Part shown: positions 18,317 to 28,200 of the stretch, one piece after another
Numbering within the stretch: the first letter of the stretch is position 1
How the letters are laid out: each line of letters starts with the position of its first letter
Position numbers and translations under genes: made by a program
Assembly (NCBI GenBank): GCA_965203445.1
Contig: OZ241883.1
Location: forward strand, 544,001-608,000
Origin: Candidatus Oxydemutator sp.
GTDB lineage: Bacteria; Pseudomonadota; Gammaproteobacteria; Poriferisulfidales; Oxydemutatoraceae
Length of the DNA stretch: 64,000 bases
Reading direction: 5' to 3'
The notes under the pieces: generated by a model
Told to the model about the DNA's origin: nothing
Databases searched by the model: none
Seen by the model: only the letters and a program-made list of their open reading frames with translations

Positions 18317-19561
18317 ATGATGCAGGGCAAAGAAAGTCTCGGTCGCAAGCTGCTCGCGTTCGCGCTGGTGGCGGTGCTGGCGGGCGCACTCGGCAGCGTC
18401 GCCTACGAGACGCCCGCGGCCAACGTCTCCCTGCCGATCAAGGAATTGCGTCTGTTCAGCGACGTTTACGCGCGCATCAAGAGCGGCTACGTCGAGGAAG
18501 TGGCCGACGAAAAACTGCTCGAAGGGGCGATCAACGGAATGTTGCGCGAACTCGACCCGTATTCGGTTTATCTGAAGGAACGTTCCTACCAGGATCTGAA
18601 AATCGGCACCTCCGGCAAGTTCGGCGGCCTCGGCATCGAGGTGGACATGGAGGACGATTTCGTCAAGGTCATCGCGCCGATAGACGACACGCCGGCGCAG
18701 CGCGCCGGCATCATCGCTGGCGACCGCATCGCCAAGATAGGCGACAAGCTGGTCAAGGGCATGACGCTGTCCGAGGCCGTGGATCTGATGCGCGGCGAGG
18801 TCGGCACGCAAATCACGCTGACGATACTGCGCGAGAACGCCGCCGAACCCCTGACCGTCGAGTTGACGCGCGCCGTGATCAAGATCAAGAGCGCGCGCGC
18901 GACGCTGCTGGAGCCGGACTTCGGCTACGTCAGGCTGTCCAAGTTCCAGGAACGCACCGCGCAAGACCTGCTTGCGATGCTCGAGAAACTCGCCGCCGAC
19001 AACACGCGCCCGCTGCGCGGCCTGATTCTCGACTTGAGGAGCAACCCCGGCGGCGTGCTGGCCGAGGCGGTCGGTGTCGCCGACGTCTTTCTGAACGAGC
19101 AAAGCCTGATCGTGTTCACCCGCGGCCGCCACCACAACGCGGCCGTCGAATACAAGGCGACGACGCCCGATCGCCTGAACGGCACGCCGCTGGTCGTGCT
19201 GATAGACCGAGGTTCGGCGTCGGCGTCGGAAATCGTCGCCGGCGCGCTGCAAGACCTGAAGCGCGCGACCATCATGGGCGCCAACACGTTCGGCAAGGGT
19301 TCGGTGCAGTCCATCCACCAGCTGAATCAGGAAAGCGCGCTGAAACTGACGACCGCCAAGTACTACACGCCGTCGGGACGCACGATACACGAGGTCGGCA
19401 TCAAGCCCGACCTCGAGCTCGCACCGCTCGATCTGTCCGACGAGGACAAGGAGGCGCGCTCCAAAATCAGCCGTTCCGACCTGAAGGCGTGGCTCGCCTA
19501 CGACGCCCAGGTCACCGCGGCACTCGACAAGCTGAAGCTGATCGCGACAACGACGCAGTAG
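18317..19561 (+). CDS. ctpA: Carboxy-terminal processing protease, S41 family
   Basis: Motifs LDPYS, FGGLGIEV (PDZ), LILDLRSNPGG, SASASEIVAGALQD, TFGKGSVQ and YYTPSGRTI. Start placed at ATG 18317/18320, before the TM anchor. Confidence 0.93.
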   Translation: MMQGKESLGRKLLAFALVAVLAGALGSVAYETPAANVSLPIKELRLFSDVYARIKSGYVEEVADEKLLEGAINGMLRELDPYSVYLKERSYQDLKIGTSGKFGGLGIEVDMEDDFVKVIAPIDDTPAQRAGIIAGDRIAKIGDKLVKGMTLSEAVDLMRGEVGTQITLTILRENAAEPLTVELTRAVIKIKSARATLLEPDFGYVRLSKFQERTAQDLLAMLEKLAADNTRPLRGLILDLRSNPGGVLAEAVGVADVFLNEQSLIVFTRGRHHNAAVEYKATTPDRLNGTPLVVLIDRGSASASEIVAGALQDLKRATIMGANTFGKGSVQSIHQLNQESALKLTTAKYYTPSGRTIHEVGIKPDLELAPLDLSDEDKEARSKISRSDLKAWLAYDAQVTAALDKLKLIATTTQ

Positions 19562-19610
19562 CCGGGCTTCCCCCCTCCCCCCGCGACGTGATCGGCGGCG
19601 GCGTTGCCGC

Positions 19611-21047
19611 CTAATTTTTCGACCGGGTTTCCGCTTTTGCGGGAACGACGGACCCGAGGCGGAAGTGTCGGGCCAGTTTGTTTCTGACCGCCACCAGCAG
19701 CGCCAGGCTCGGCAGCACCATCAGCGCGGTGATGACGAAGAATTGCTCCCAGGCGCCGCCGAGGGCGTCCACCAGCTGGCCGCTGTGCGCCGACAGCGTC
19801 GTGCGCGCGAGGTTGCCGAGCGACGCCAGCAGCGCGTACTGGGTCGCGGTATAGACGCGCCCGCACAGTTGCGAGATGAAGGCCACGAAGGCGACGGTCG
19901 AGATCGCGGTCGTGAACTGGTCCAGGACGACGGCCGCGGCGAACAGCGCGCGCTCGGGGCCGACGGCGGCGAGCCACGCGAACAGCAGGTTGGTCGCGGC
20001 CATCGCCAGGCCGCAGATCAGCAGCCCCCGAAACAGGCCGAAGCGCACGCTGAAGAGGCTGCCGACGACGGAAAAGAAGGCGATGGTGCCCCAACCGATG
20101 AGCTTGGAATACGTCGCTATGTCGGCCTCGTCGAAGCCGACGTCGCGGTAGAACAACAGCGACATGCGGCCGAGAAAAGCCTCGCCGATCTTGAACAGAA
20201 ACACGAATCCGAGCAGCGCCGCGGCGACGCGCGCGCCGTTGGTGCGAAAGAAGTCGGCGAGCGGCTCCCAAACGGTCGCGCCCAGCCACGCCAGCGCGCG
20301 CGCGCCGTCGCCGCGCCGCGCCGTCGCCACCCGCTCGAGCGCCGCCTGGCGCGCGCGCGCCTGGGCCGCGGCGCGTTCGTCGCCGCCGCTTTCGCGCACG
20401 CACAACAGGCCGGCGTTGCAGGCGACGATCACCAGCGTCATCAGCAGGTAGGTCGTCTGCCACGGGTCGTCCACGCCGGTGCTCTTGAGCCAGTCGGCGC
20501 AGTAGAGCGCGATGGCGCCGCCGGCGTTGTAGCCGGTGTACCAGCCGGCCGTGGCCATGGCCGCGGCGGCCGCGACCAGCGCGGCCTCGTCCTTGCGCAC
20601 CAGTTCGATGCGCAGCGCGTCTATCGCCACGTCCTGCGTCGCCGACGCGGCCGCGATGACGACGACCGCGATTGCGACGTGCCACAGGCTGACCGCGGGC
20701 GACAGAAAATACATCGCCGTCGTCGCGCCCAGGATCAAGACCTGCATCAGCACGATCCACGCGCGGCGGTGACCGAGGACGCGCGTCAGCACCGGGACGC
20801 GCACCGCGTCCAACAGCGGCGCCCACAGGAAGTTGAGCGCGTAGAACGCGAAGGCGTAGCCGAACAGGCCTATCGAGCTCAGGCTGTATCCCTCGTCCCT
20901 GAGCCACAGCGACGCCAGCGAACTGATCAGCACCCACGGAAAACCGCTGATGATCCCGATCAGCAGGATTTTTGCGAGGCGCGCGTCGGCATAGACTTTG
21001 AGCGTCGCCGCCCAATCGCGCGAGGAATCGTCCGGTGTATGGTTCAA
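19611..21047 (-). CDS. ampG: AmpG-family muropeptide MFS permease (start uncertain; TTG 21047 assumed)
   Basis: Motifs SGFPWVL, NFLWAPLLD, RRAW, SATQDVAIDALRIE, FKIGEAF and YTATQYALLASL. Confidence 0.9.
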   Translation of the reverse strand: MNHTPDDSSRDWAATLKVYADARLAKILLIGIISGFPWVLISSLASLWLRDEGYSLSSIGLFGYAFAFYALNFLWAPLLDAVRVPVLTRVLGHRRAWIVLMQVLILGATTAMYFLSPAVSLWHVAIAVVVIAAASATQDVAIDALRIELVRKDEAALVAAAAAMATAGWYTGYNAGGAIALYCADWLKSTGVDDPWQTTYLLMTLVIVACNAGLLCVRESGGDERAAAQARARQAALERVATARRGDGARALAWLGATVWEPLADFFRTNGARVAAALLGFVFLFKIGEAFLGRMSLLFYRDVGFDEADIATYSKLIGWGTIAFFSVVGSLFSVRFGLFRGLLICGLAMAATNLLFAWLAAVGPERALFAAAVVLDQFTTAISTVAFVAFISQLCGRVYTATQYALLASLGNLARTTLSAHSGQLVDALGGAWEQFFVITALMVLPSLALLVAVRNKLARHFRLGSVVPAKAETRSKN

Positions 21048-21097
21048 GATTTTCGGCGCGGCTTCGGGCTCGCGTCTTCCAAGGCCGTCAAAGGCCG

Positions 21098-21871
21098 TCA
21101 GTCGGGCAGGTCGTAGTCTATCGTAAGCGGCGCGTGATCCGAGAAACGCCGCCTTTTGTAGATGGCGGCGCGCGTCGGCGCACCGCGCAGCGGCGGCGAC
21201 GTCACCTGGTAATCTATGCGCCAACCGACGTTTTTGTCCCACGCGCGCCCGCGGTTCGACCACCAGGTGTACTGCTCGGGCAGCGCGCACAGTTCGCGGA
21301 ACGCGTCGTTGTAGCCGAGGCGCCCAAACAGCCAGTCCATCCACGCGCGTTCCTCCGGCAGAAAACCGGAGTGGTTGCGGTTGCCGCGCCAGTTCTTCAG
21401 ATCGATCCGCTTGTGCGCGACGTTCCAGTCGCCGCAGATGACGTAGTTGCTACGCCGCCGTTTGAGCTTGCGCAGGTGCTCCCCGAACTCGTCGAGAAAA
21501 CGAAACTTGGCCTGCTGGCGCTCGTCGCCGGACGAACCGGACGGCGCGTAGAGCGAGACCACCGAAAGCGCGCCGAAGCGCGCCTCGAGATAGCGCCCCT
21601 CGCGGTCGAATTCGGCGCTGCCGAAACCCTCGACGACGGCCTCGGGACGCCGCCGGGAAAACAGCGCGACGCCGCTGTAGCCTTTCTTGTCGGCGGCGTG
21701 ATAGTTGCAGTGGTAGGCGCGCGGATGAAACACGGCGTCTTGCAGCTGCCACGTCTGCGCCTTCAATTCCTGGATGCAGACGAAGTCGGCTTTCTGTCTC
21801 GCCAGCCAGCCGAACAGGCCCTTGGACGCGGCCGAGCGTATGCCGTTGGCGTTGAGCGTGATCACGCGCAT
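21098..21871 (-). CDS. xth: Exodeoxyribonuclease III
   Basis: Motifs NANGIRSA, CIQELK, KKGYSGVA, EGR, CGDWNVAH, SGFLPEER, YTWWSNRG, GWRIDY and SDHAP. Confidence 0.96.
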   Translation of the reverse strand: MRVITLNANGIRSAASKGLFGWLARQKADFVCIQELKAQTWQLQDAVFHPRAYHCNYHAADKKGYSGVALFSRRRPEAVVEGFGSAEFDREGRYLEARFGALSVVSLYAPSGSSGDERQQAKFRFLDEFGEHLRKLKRRRSNYVICGDWNVAHKRIDLKNWRGNRNHSGFLPEERAWMDWLFGRLGYNDAFRELCALPEQYTWWSNRGRAWDKNVGWRIDYQVTSPPLRGAPTRAAIYKRRRFSDHAPLTIDYDLPD

Positions 21872-21883
21872 CGAGGCCCGGCC

Positions 21884-24800
21884 CTATTCTTTCGTACCGC
21901 CGCGCGCGGACAAAGACGCCGCGGTAGCGCCTCCCCGCCAGGTGCCGCGCACGAGCATCGTCTTCAGGTCGTCGGCGACCAGGTAGAAGCACGGCAGCAC
22001 GATCAAAATCAGCACCGTCGCCATCACCAGGCCGAAACCCAGGCTGATCGCCATCGGCGACAGAAAGGCGGTCTGGCCGGTGGCGAAAAAGATCAACGGC
22101 GAGACGCCGAGGAAGGTCGTAACCGTGGTCAGCAGTATCGGGCGCGCGCGCCGGCAGCCGGCGCGCACCACGGCGGTGTCGCGCGCGACGCCGTCCTTGC
22201 GCATGCGCTTGATACAGTCGATCAGTATCAGCGAGTCGTTGACGATGATGCCGCTGAGCGCGAGGATGCCGATGACCGAGACGAATTGCAGGTTGTAGCC
22301 GAGCAACAGGTGCCCGCCTATGACCCCGATCAGGCCGAACGGGATGGTCAGCATCACCAGCAGCGGGTCCAGCAGCGAACGGAACAATATGATCAGAATG
22401 AAGAAGATCAGAAACAGCGAGATGACGCCGGCGTCGTAGGCGCCGGCGAACGAGTCCGCGGCCTGTTTCTTTTCGCCGCCGAACACCATCTGGTAGCCGA
22501 CGCGGTTCTGGTACAGCGGCGCGAAGTGCCTGGTCAGCGCGTCGTAGATCTGGAGCGCGGTGGCGCGGCTCTGATCCACTTCCGCGCTGACCGTCGCGAC
22601 GCGCCGTTCGTCGAGACGTTTCAACGTGTTGAAGCCGCGGTCGAGGCTGGTGTCCGCGATCTCGTTGAAGTAGATCACCCTGCCGTCGGCGAGCGTGATC
22701 GGCAGTTCGGCCAGGCGCCCGCCGTCGTTGCGCACGTCCTCGTCGAAGATCAGGCGCACCGGGTAGCGCTCCTCGCCCCAGTTGACGTGCACCGTCTCGA
22801 CCCCGAGGTAGCCGGTGCGCACGGCCTCGGCGACGTCGCGCTGGGTCAGGCCGAGACGCCGCCCGTGCTCGTTGAGGCGGTAGCGGAACTCGAGTTTGCC
22901 CGGTTCCATGTCGTGGCGCACGTCGCGCACGCCTTCGAGCGACGCCAGAAAAGCAGCCATCTCGTCGGCGTAACTTTCGAGTATCCCGAGTTCCGGCCCG
23001 GTGAGATTCACCGACACGTCGGAACCGGCCGGCCCGGCCTCGGAGCGCGCAATCGAGAAACGCTTGACGCCGGGCATGCGTTCGACGCGCTCGCGCATCA
23101 GCGAGATGATGTCCTCGGTGTCGCGCGTGCGCCGCCCGCGCTCGCCAAAGTCGAGGCTCACCAGCGGCGTTACGAACCTCTCGATAAAGCCGCGCGGTTC
23201 GGGCTCGGTCAGCGTAACCACGAACTGAACGTAATTCTCGCCGATCTTCGAGCGCCGCGTCTCGGCGTCCACCAGCGTCAGCCCGATATTGGTCAACAAC
23301 ACCTCGAGCTCGTGCTCGGCGCCGTCGAAGGTGGCCAGAAGCTCGCGTTCGATCCTGGCCGACAGTTGTTCCGACTCCTCGATACTGTAGTTGTTCGGCG
23401 CCTCGATATTGACGAAAAACTGGCCGACCTCGACCTTGCCGAACAGTTGAAACGGCACGCGCGTGGCGGCGAGCGTCAGCGCCACGGCCAGGGTGCAGAT
23501 CGTCACGACCGAGACCAGATAGCGTCTTTGTATCGCCCATTCGAGATAGACGCGGTAGCGGCCGAGAAACTGGTGCCAGTAGCCGGAGGTCGCCGCCGGC
23601 GCGCGCCTTTCCTCCGCGTCCGCGGCCGGTGCCCGGCGGGCTTCATAGAGGGGACGCGGCGGCGTATCAGATTCCCGGGATTCGCGGCCGCGCAGAATCA
23701 GGTTGGCGTGTGCCGGCAGTATCAACAAAGCCTCCAGCAGCGAGCCCAGCAGCGCGGCGCTGACGACGACCGGGATGACGACGACAAACTGCCCCATGGT
23801 GCCGCCGATTGCGAAGATCGGCAAAAACGCCGCGATCGTGGTCAGCGTCGAGGCGCATACCGGCGCGATGACCTCGCGCGTCCCGTCCAGGGCCGCCTGC
23901 ATCACCGGCTCGCCCGCCTCGAGGTGGCGGTAGACGTTCTCGGTAATGATGATCGCGTCGTCCACTATCATGCCGAGCGCGATCAAAAACGCGAACAGCG
24001 ATACCATGTTGACCGTAAAGCCCGCGTACTTGAGGCAGATAATCGCCACCAGAAAAGACACCGGTATGCCCAGCGCGGTGATCAGCGCGACGCGGAAATT
24101 GAGCAGCAGGTAGAGCGACGTCAGGAGCATGACGAGACCAATCAGGCCGGACGAAAACACGGTTTGCAGGCGCGTGTTGACGTAATCGGAAAGATCGCTG
24201 TGGTAGCCGACGCGCACCGCCGGCGGCAGTTGCGGCGCGAGCCGCGTAATCAGCTCCTTGACGTCGTCGGCAATCTCGGTGGTCGAGGCGTCGGCGTCCT
24301 TGGTCACCACCAGATTCAGCGACGGCCTGCCGTTGAAGCGCGCGCGCGTCTCGACCATCTCCAATTTCAGATCGACCGCGGCGACGTCGCCTATGCGCAG
24401 TTGGCCGCCGTCGGCGTCGGTGCGGATTGTAATTTGCTTGAGCGCCTCGACGTCGGGCGCCGCGCTGACGCCGCGCAGTTGGATGTCGCCCTCCGCCGCC
24501 GCCAGCGAACCACCGGGCTGGTCCGTCAAGTTGGCCGCCAGGGCCGCGCGGATTTCGGCCAGCGACACGCCGCGCGCGGCGATCTCGTACGGATCCACCG
24601 CCACCCAGACCTCCCACTCGCGCTCGCCGGCGATTGCGACCGCGGCCACGCCGGCGATCTTCTGCAAGCGCCGTTTCACCAGCTTGCTGTTCTCGATCAG
24701 GTCGGCCTCGGGCACGTCGCCGTACACGCTGACGCTCAGCACCGGAAAGTTCGACTTGATGCGGCGGATGACCGGCGTCTCGGCGTCCTGCGGCAGATCG

Positions 24801-25141
24801 TCCATCGCGTCCACCGCCGAGCGCGTCTCGCGCAGAATTTCCTCGACGTCGCTGTTCGGTTTCAGCTTCAACAACACCACCGAAGAACCTTCGAGGCTGG
24901 TCGAGCGGAGTTCGTCGACGTCGGCGAAGTCCTTGACCTCCTTCTCTATCGGTATCGTAAGCTGGCGTTCGCTCTCTATCGGCGGCGCGCCCTCGAACAC
25001 AGTGCGTATCTCGACCAGGTCTTTCTCGATGGTCGGAAACATTTCCTGCGGCATCGAACGCCACGACAAAACGCCGATGATGACCACCGCGGCCAACAGA
25101 AAATTGACGATGAGCGGATTCTTTATCGAAAATTCGGTCAT
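21884..25141 (-). CDS. RND-family efflux transporter permease subunit (AcrB/AcrD/AcrF superfamily)
   Basis: 1085 aa with 1+5+1+5 TM organisation; motifs LGMIVDDAIIITEN, GIIVNDSLILID and RARPILLTTVTT. Confidence 0.93.
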   Translation of the reverse strand: MTEFSIKNPLIVNFLLAAVVIIGVLSWRSMPQEMFPTIEKDLVEIRTVFEGAPPIESERQLTIPIEKEVKDFADVDELRSTSLEGSSVVLLKLKPNSDVEEILRETRSAVDAMDDLPQDAETPVIRRIKSNFPVLSVSVYGDVPEADLIENSKLVKRRLQKIAGVAAVAIAGEREWEVWVAVDPYEIAARGVSLAEIRAALAANLTDQPGGSLAAAEGDIQLRGVSAAPDVEALKQITIRTDADGGQLRIGDVAAVDLKLEMVETRARFNGRPSLNLVVTKDADASTTEIADDVKELITRLAPQLPPAVRVGYHSDLSDYVNTRLQTVFSSGLIGLVMLLTSLYLLLNFRVALITALGIPVSFLVAIICLKYAGFTVNMVSLFAFLIALGMIVDDAIIITENVYRHLEAGEPVMQAALDGTREVIAPVCASTLTTIAAFLPIFAIGGTMGQFVVVIPVVVSAALLGSLLEALLILPAHANLILRGRESRESDTPPRPLYEARRAPAADAEERRAPAATSGYWHQFLGRYRVYLEWAIQRRYLVSVVTICTLAVALTLAATRVPFQLFGKVEVGQFFVNIEAPNNYSIEESEQLSARIERELLATFDGAEHELEVLLTNIGLTLVDAETRRSKIGENYVQFVVTLTEPEPRGFIERFVTPLVSLDFGERGRRTRDTEDIISLMRERVERMPGVKRFSIARSEAGPAGSDVSVNLTGPELGILESYADEMAAFLASLEGVRDVRHDMEPGKLEFRYRLNEHGRRLGLTQRDVAEAVRTGYLGVETVHVNWGEERYPVRLIFDEDVRNDGGRLAELPITLADGRVIYFNEIADTSLDRGFNTLKRLDERRVATVSAEVDQSRATALQIYDALTRHFAPLYQNRVGYQMVFGGEKKQAADSFAGAYDAGVISLFLIFFILIILFRSLLDPLLVMLTIPFGLIGVIGGHLLLGYNLQFVSVIGILALSGIIVNDSLILIDCIKRMRKDGVARDTAVVRAGCRRARPILLTTVTTFLGVSPLIFFATGQTAFLSPMAISLGFGLVMATVLILIVLPCFYLVADDLKTMLVRGTWRGGATAASLSARGGTKE

Positions 25142-25221
25142 ACGGGGTTACCTTTTGTCGGCGAATGGGTGGACGCTTACGCGAATGACGTGCCTAAGGG
25201 AGCGACTAAGCCGGCCACCGC

Positions 25222-28200
25222 CTACTGAATCGGAAACGTCCGGCGCCGACCCTTGTTCTCTATCACGAAATATCGATCGGCGGACAACACCTCGCCGTCA
25301 AAGTCCACGTCCGCGTCCACCGCGTAATGGCCGGCCGCGGCCGCGGCGCGGTAGTCGCCCGCACCCAACGACGACAAGTTGTACACGCGTATCAATACTT
25401 CGTCCCGCTCATCAATCACGCCGTTTCGATCCACGTCGCCCGCGACCATCGCATACACGCCCGCCCCCACTGCAATCTGCCCGCCCCCGTGCGACTGCCC
25501 GACGCGGAAGTCCACGCAGTAGTCCGCCTCGCAATCGGCGCCCGTGGTCGCGGCCGCCGGCATCGCCGACATCACCGACAGATGGTTGCGGTGGTGGATC
25601 AGCACGTACAGGTCCTCCCCTTCGGACAGCTCCGCCTCAAAGCGCACGCCGCCCAATGACAGCGCGTCCGCCACCGACGACGCCGCCTCGTTTATCCCCG
25701 CGATGCGACCGTCGCTCAACAGCAGACCCGCGGCGCGACCGCCCGTCGGCGGCCGCGACGACGCGGCCGCGGTCGTGCTCTCGCCGGTGCGCAACTCCAC
25801 CAGCACCCAGTCCACTATCGTCGAGGTGACACTGGCCAGGCCGACCGCCGCGCCCGCGTGCGGCACCGTCGTCGTCACCGGGTGCCCCCACGGCAACGCG
25901 CCGTACGGCTGGCGCCTCGGCAACAAGCCCGCCAAGTCGCTCCTCATCCGACCGGCCCCGGCAAGCAACGCCCCCTGCAAAACCACTCGTGCGTCCACCA
26001 CTACGACCCTCTCGCTGAAAATGCCAACGTCCGCAAACGACGGCGTCCCCAGCTCCGCCAGATGGGTGCCGCAATTCGGGCAGCCCGTCAGCCTCAAACG
26101 AAACCGCTCGCGGCCCTCGTCCCCCCTGCCGTCGCTCGGCACGCCCACCTCTATCCTCGCCACGCCCGCCTCATTCAGCACCACGCTCCCGGTAAACGGC
26201 AGCGAAACCACCGAGCGCACGCCGGCGGCGCCACGCCCCTCTACGTGCACCGCGGCCAGGTCCTCGTGCGTCAAACCCTCGGACGCGGCGGCAATCTCAT
26301 AGTCCACGACCACCGCCCGATCACCGCCGCCACTCAACGCGATCGTGAACGTCGCGGTAGTGCTTTCGCTCACCGTCGCGGACGTCGCCGCCACCGTCAC
26401 CTGACTCAGTTCATTGGCCTCTATCGTCGTACGCGCAACGGTGCTCGGCACGCCTAAAACCACGCGCGCAGGCGCCCCCGTGAGCCTCGCGCCCGTCAAC
26501 GTCACCGCCAGCACCTCGGACAACTCGGGCTCGCCGTCCACGCGCACCCTCAACGAAAACGACGCGCTGACGGCGCCCGATTCGATGGCCACGCTGCTCG
26601 CAGTCACGCCGACAAAGTCGGCGGCGTCGACTTCGCCGCCACCCACCGACCAATCCCAACTCGCACGCACCCCCGGCGGCAAGGCCTGCGGCAAGCGCAC
26701 CACGTAACTCGCGGTGCCGCCTTCCGACACCGTCTCGCTGCCGGTGAGCGTCGGGGCAAGACTCACCGCCGGCTGCGCCTCCCGCTGCGACGTGCGACGC
26801 GCCGCCTCCGTGTCGGTAGCGCCGCCGAACACCAGCACCGGGTAATCAAACACGCTGCCGAAGTCCCACGGACTGTCGTCGTTCAAGTTGCCGTCGCCTA
26901 TCCGATCCAAGCCGTCCACGTTCAACTGATCCCAACCCGCATAGATCGTGCCCGCGGCCGTCGTCGGGACGCGCAACTCGCTCGACGTCTTCGAGGTGTC
27001 GTCCGAACTCGGCGCATTCGTTCCGCAGCAACGGCTCAAGCCGCTGCGCTCGGCGTCAAAATAACTCGACTCCACCACGGCGCCGACTACCCGGTTGCCT
27101 ATCAGACCGCCGGCCGTGGCCGTCCCCGTCGTTACCCCGACCGAGTAGCTGGCGCTGACCACCGACGCGCCGCCGGCTTCGCCCACCAGACCGCCCGCGT
27201 TGCTTTCCTCCGCATGCACCTCCACGTCGGCGTAACTCGCCACCAGCCCGCCGTAATGACCCCCTATCAAACCGCCCACTCCCGAGGCGCCGGATATGCG
27301 ACCGCCGATCACGTAACTCGCCGCCACCTTGCCCTCGTTGCGGCCCACCAGCGCACCGGTATAGGTGCTGCTGCGACCCAAGTCCCCTAAGGCCACCCGC
27401 GCGTTGCGCAAGCCCACGTTGCGGATCACGCCGTCGGCGCCGACGGCGCCGAACAAACCCACGTGATACCGCTGCCCGTCCCCGGCCATCGTCAGATTGC
27501 TGATGACGTGGCCGTTGCCTTCAAAAACGGCGCTGTAGGCATCCCCCGGAAGGTCTTCAAGCCTGACGCCCCCGCCTATCGGCGTCCAGTCCGGGATGTC
27601 CGACAAGTCCAGGTCGGCCGACAACTCGTAGCCGGTGCACGTTCTCGGACAGGTCTGCATCCCGTCGAAAACGGGAAACGCCGCAAAATAAGCGGCCCTG
27701 TTGGCATCGCTCACGCCCGCTATCCCGACACCGCCCAGGTCGTAGCGGATCGCCGCCAACTGCGACGTCGTCGCCACGTCTATCAAGGTGTCGCCGTCGT
27801 CGTTGTAGGCTATTCCGTCGCTGAACGCAATGGTGGTCCTGACGGAAACCGGCGCGCCCAGATCCACGCCACGCGCGGGCGCCCCCGTGAGCCGCGCGCC
27901 CGTCAACGTTACCACCAGCACCTCGGACAACTCGGACACGTCGTCATCGCGCACCTCCACCGAAAACGACGCGCTGACGGCGCCCGAGACGACGACCACG
28001 GTGCTTGCGGTCACGCCGACAAAGTCGGCGGCGTCGACGTCGCCGCCGCCCACCGACCAATCCCAACGCACGCTCACCCCCGGCGGCAAGGCCTGTGGCA
28101 AGCGCACCACGTAACTCGCGCTCTCGCCTTCCGACACCGTCGCGCTGCCGGTGAGCGTCGCCACAAGCCTCACCTTCGGCTGCGCCTCCTGCTGCGACGT

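Noticed and set aside
21035-25228. 1397-aa plus-strand ORF
   Set aside because: Antisense shadow of xth and the RND permease, both of which have clear family motifs.
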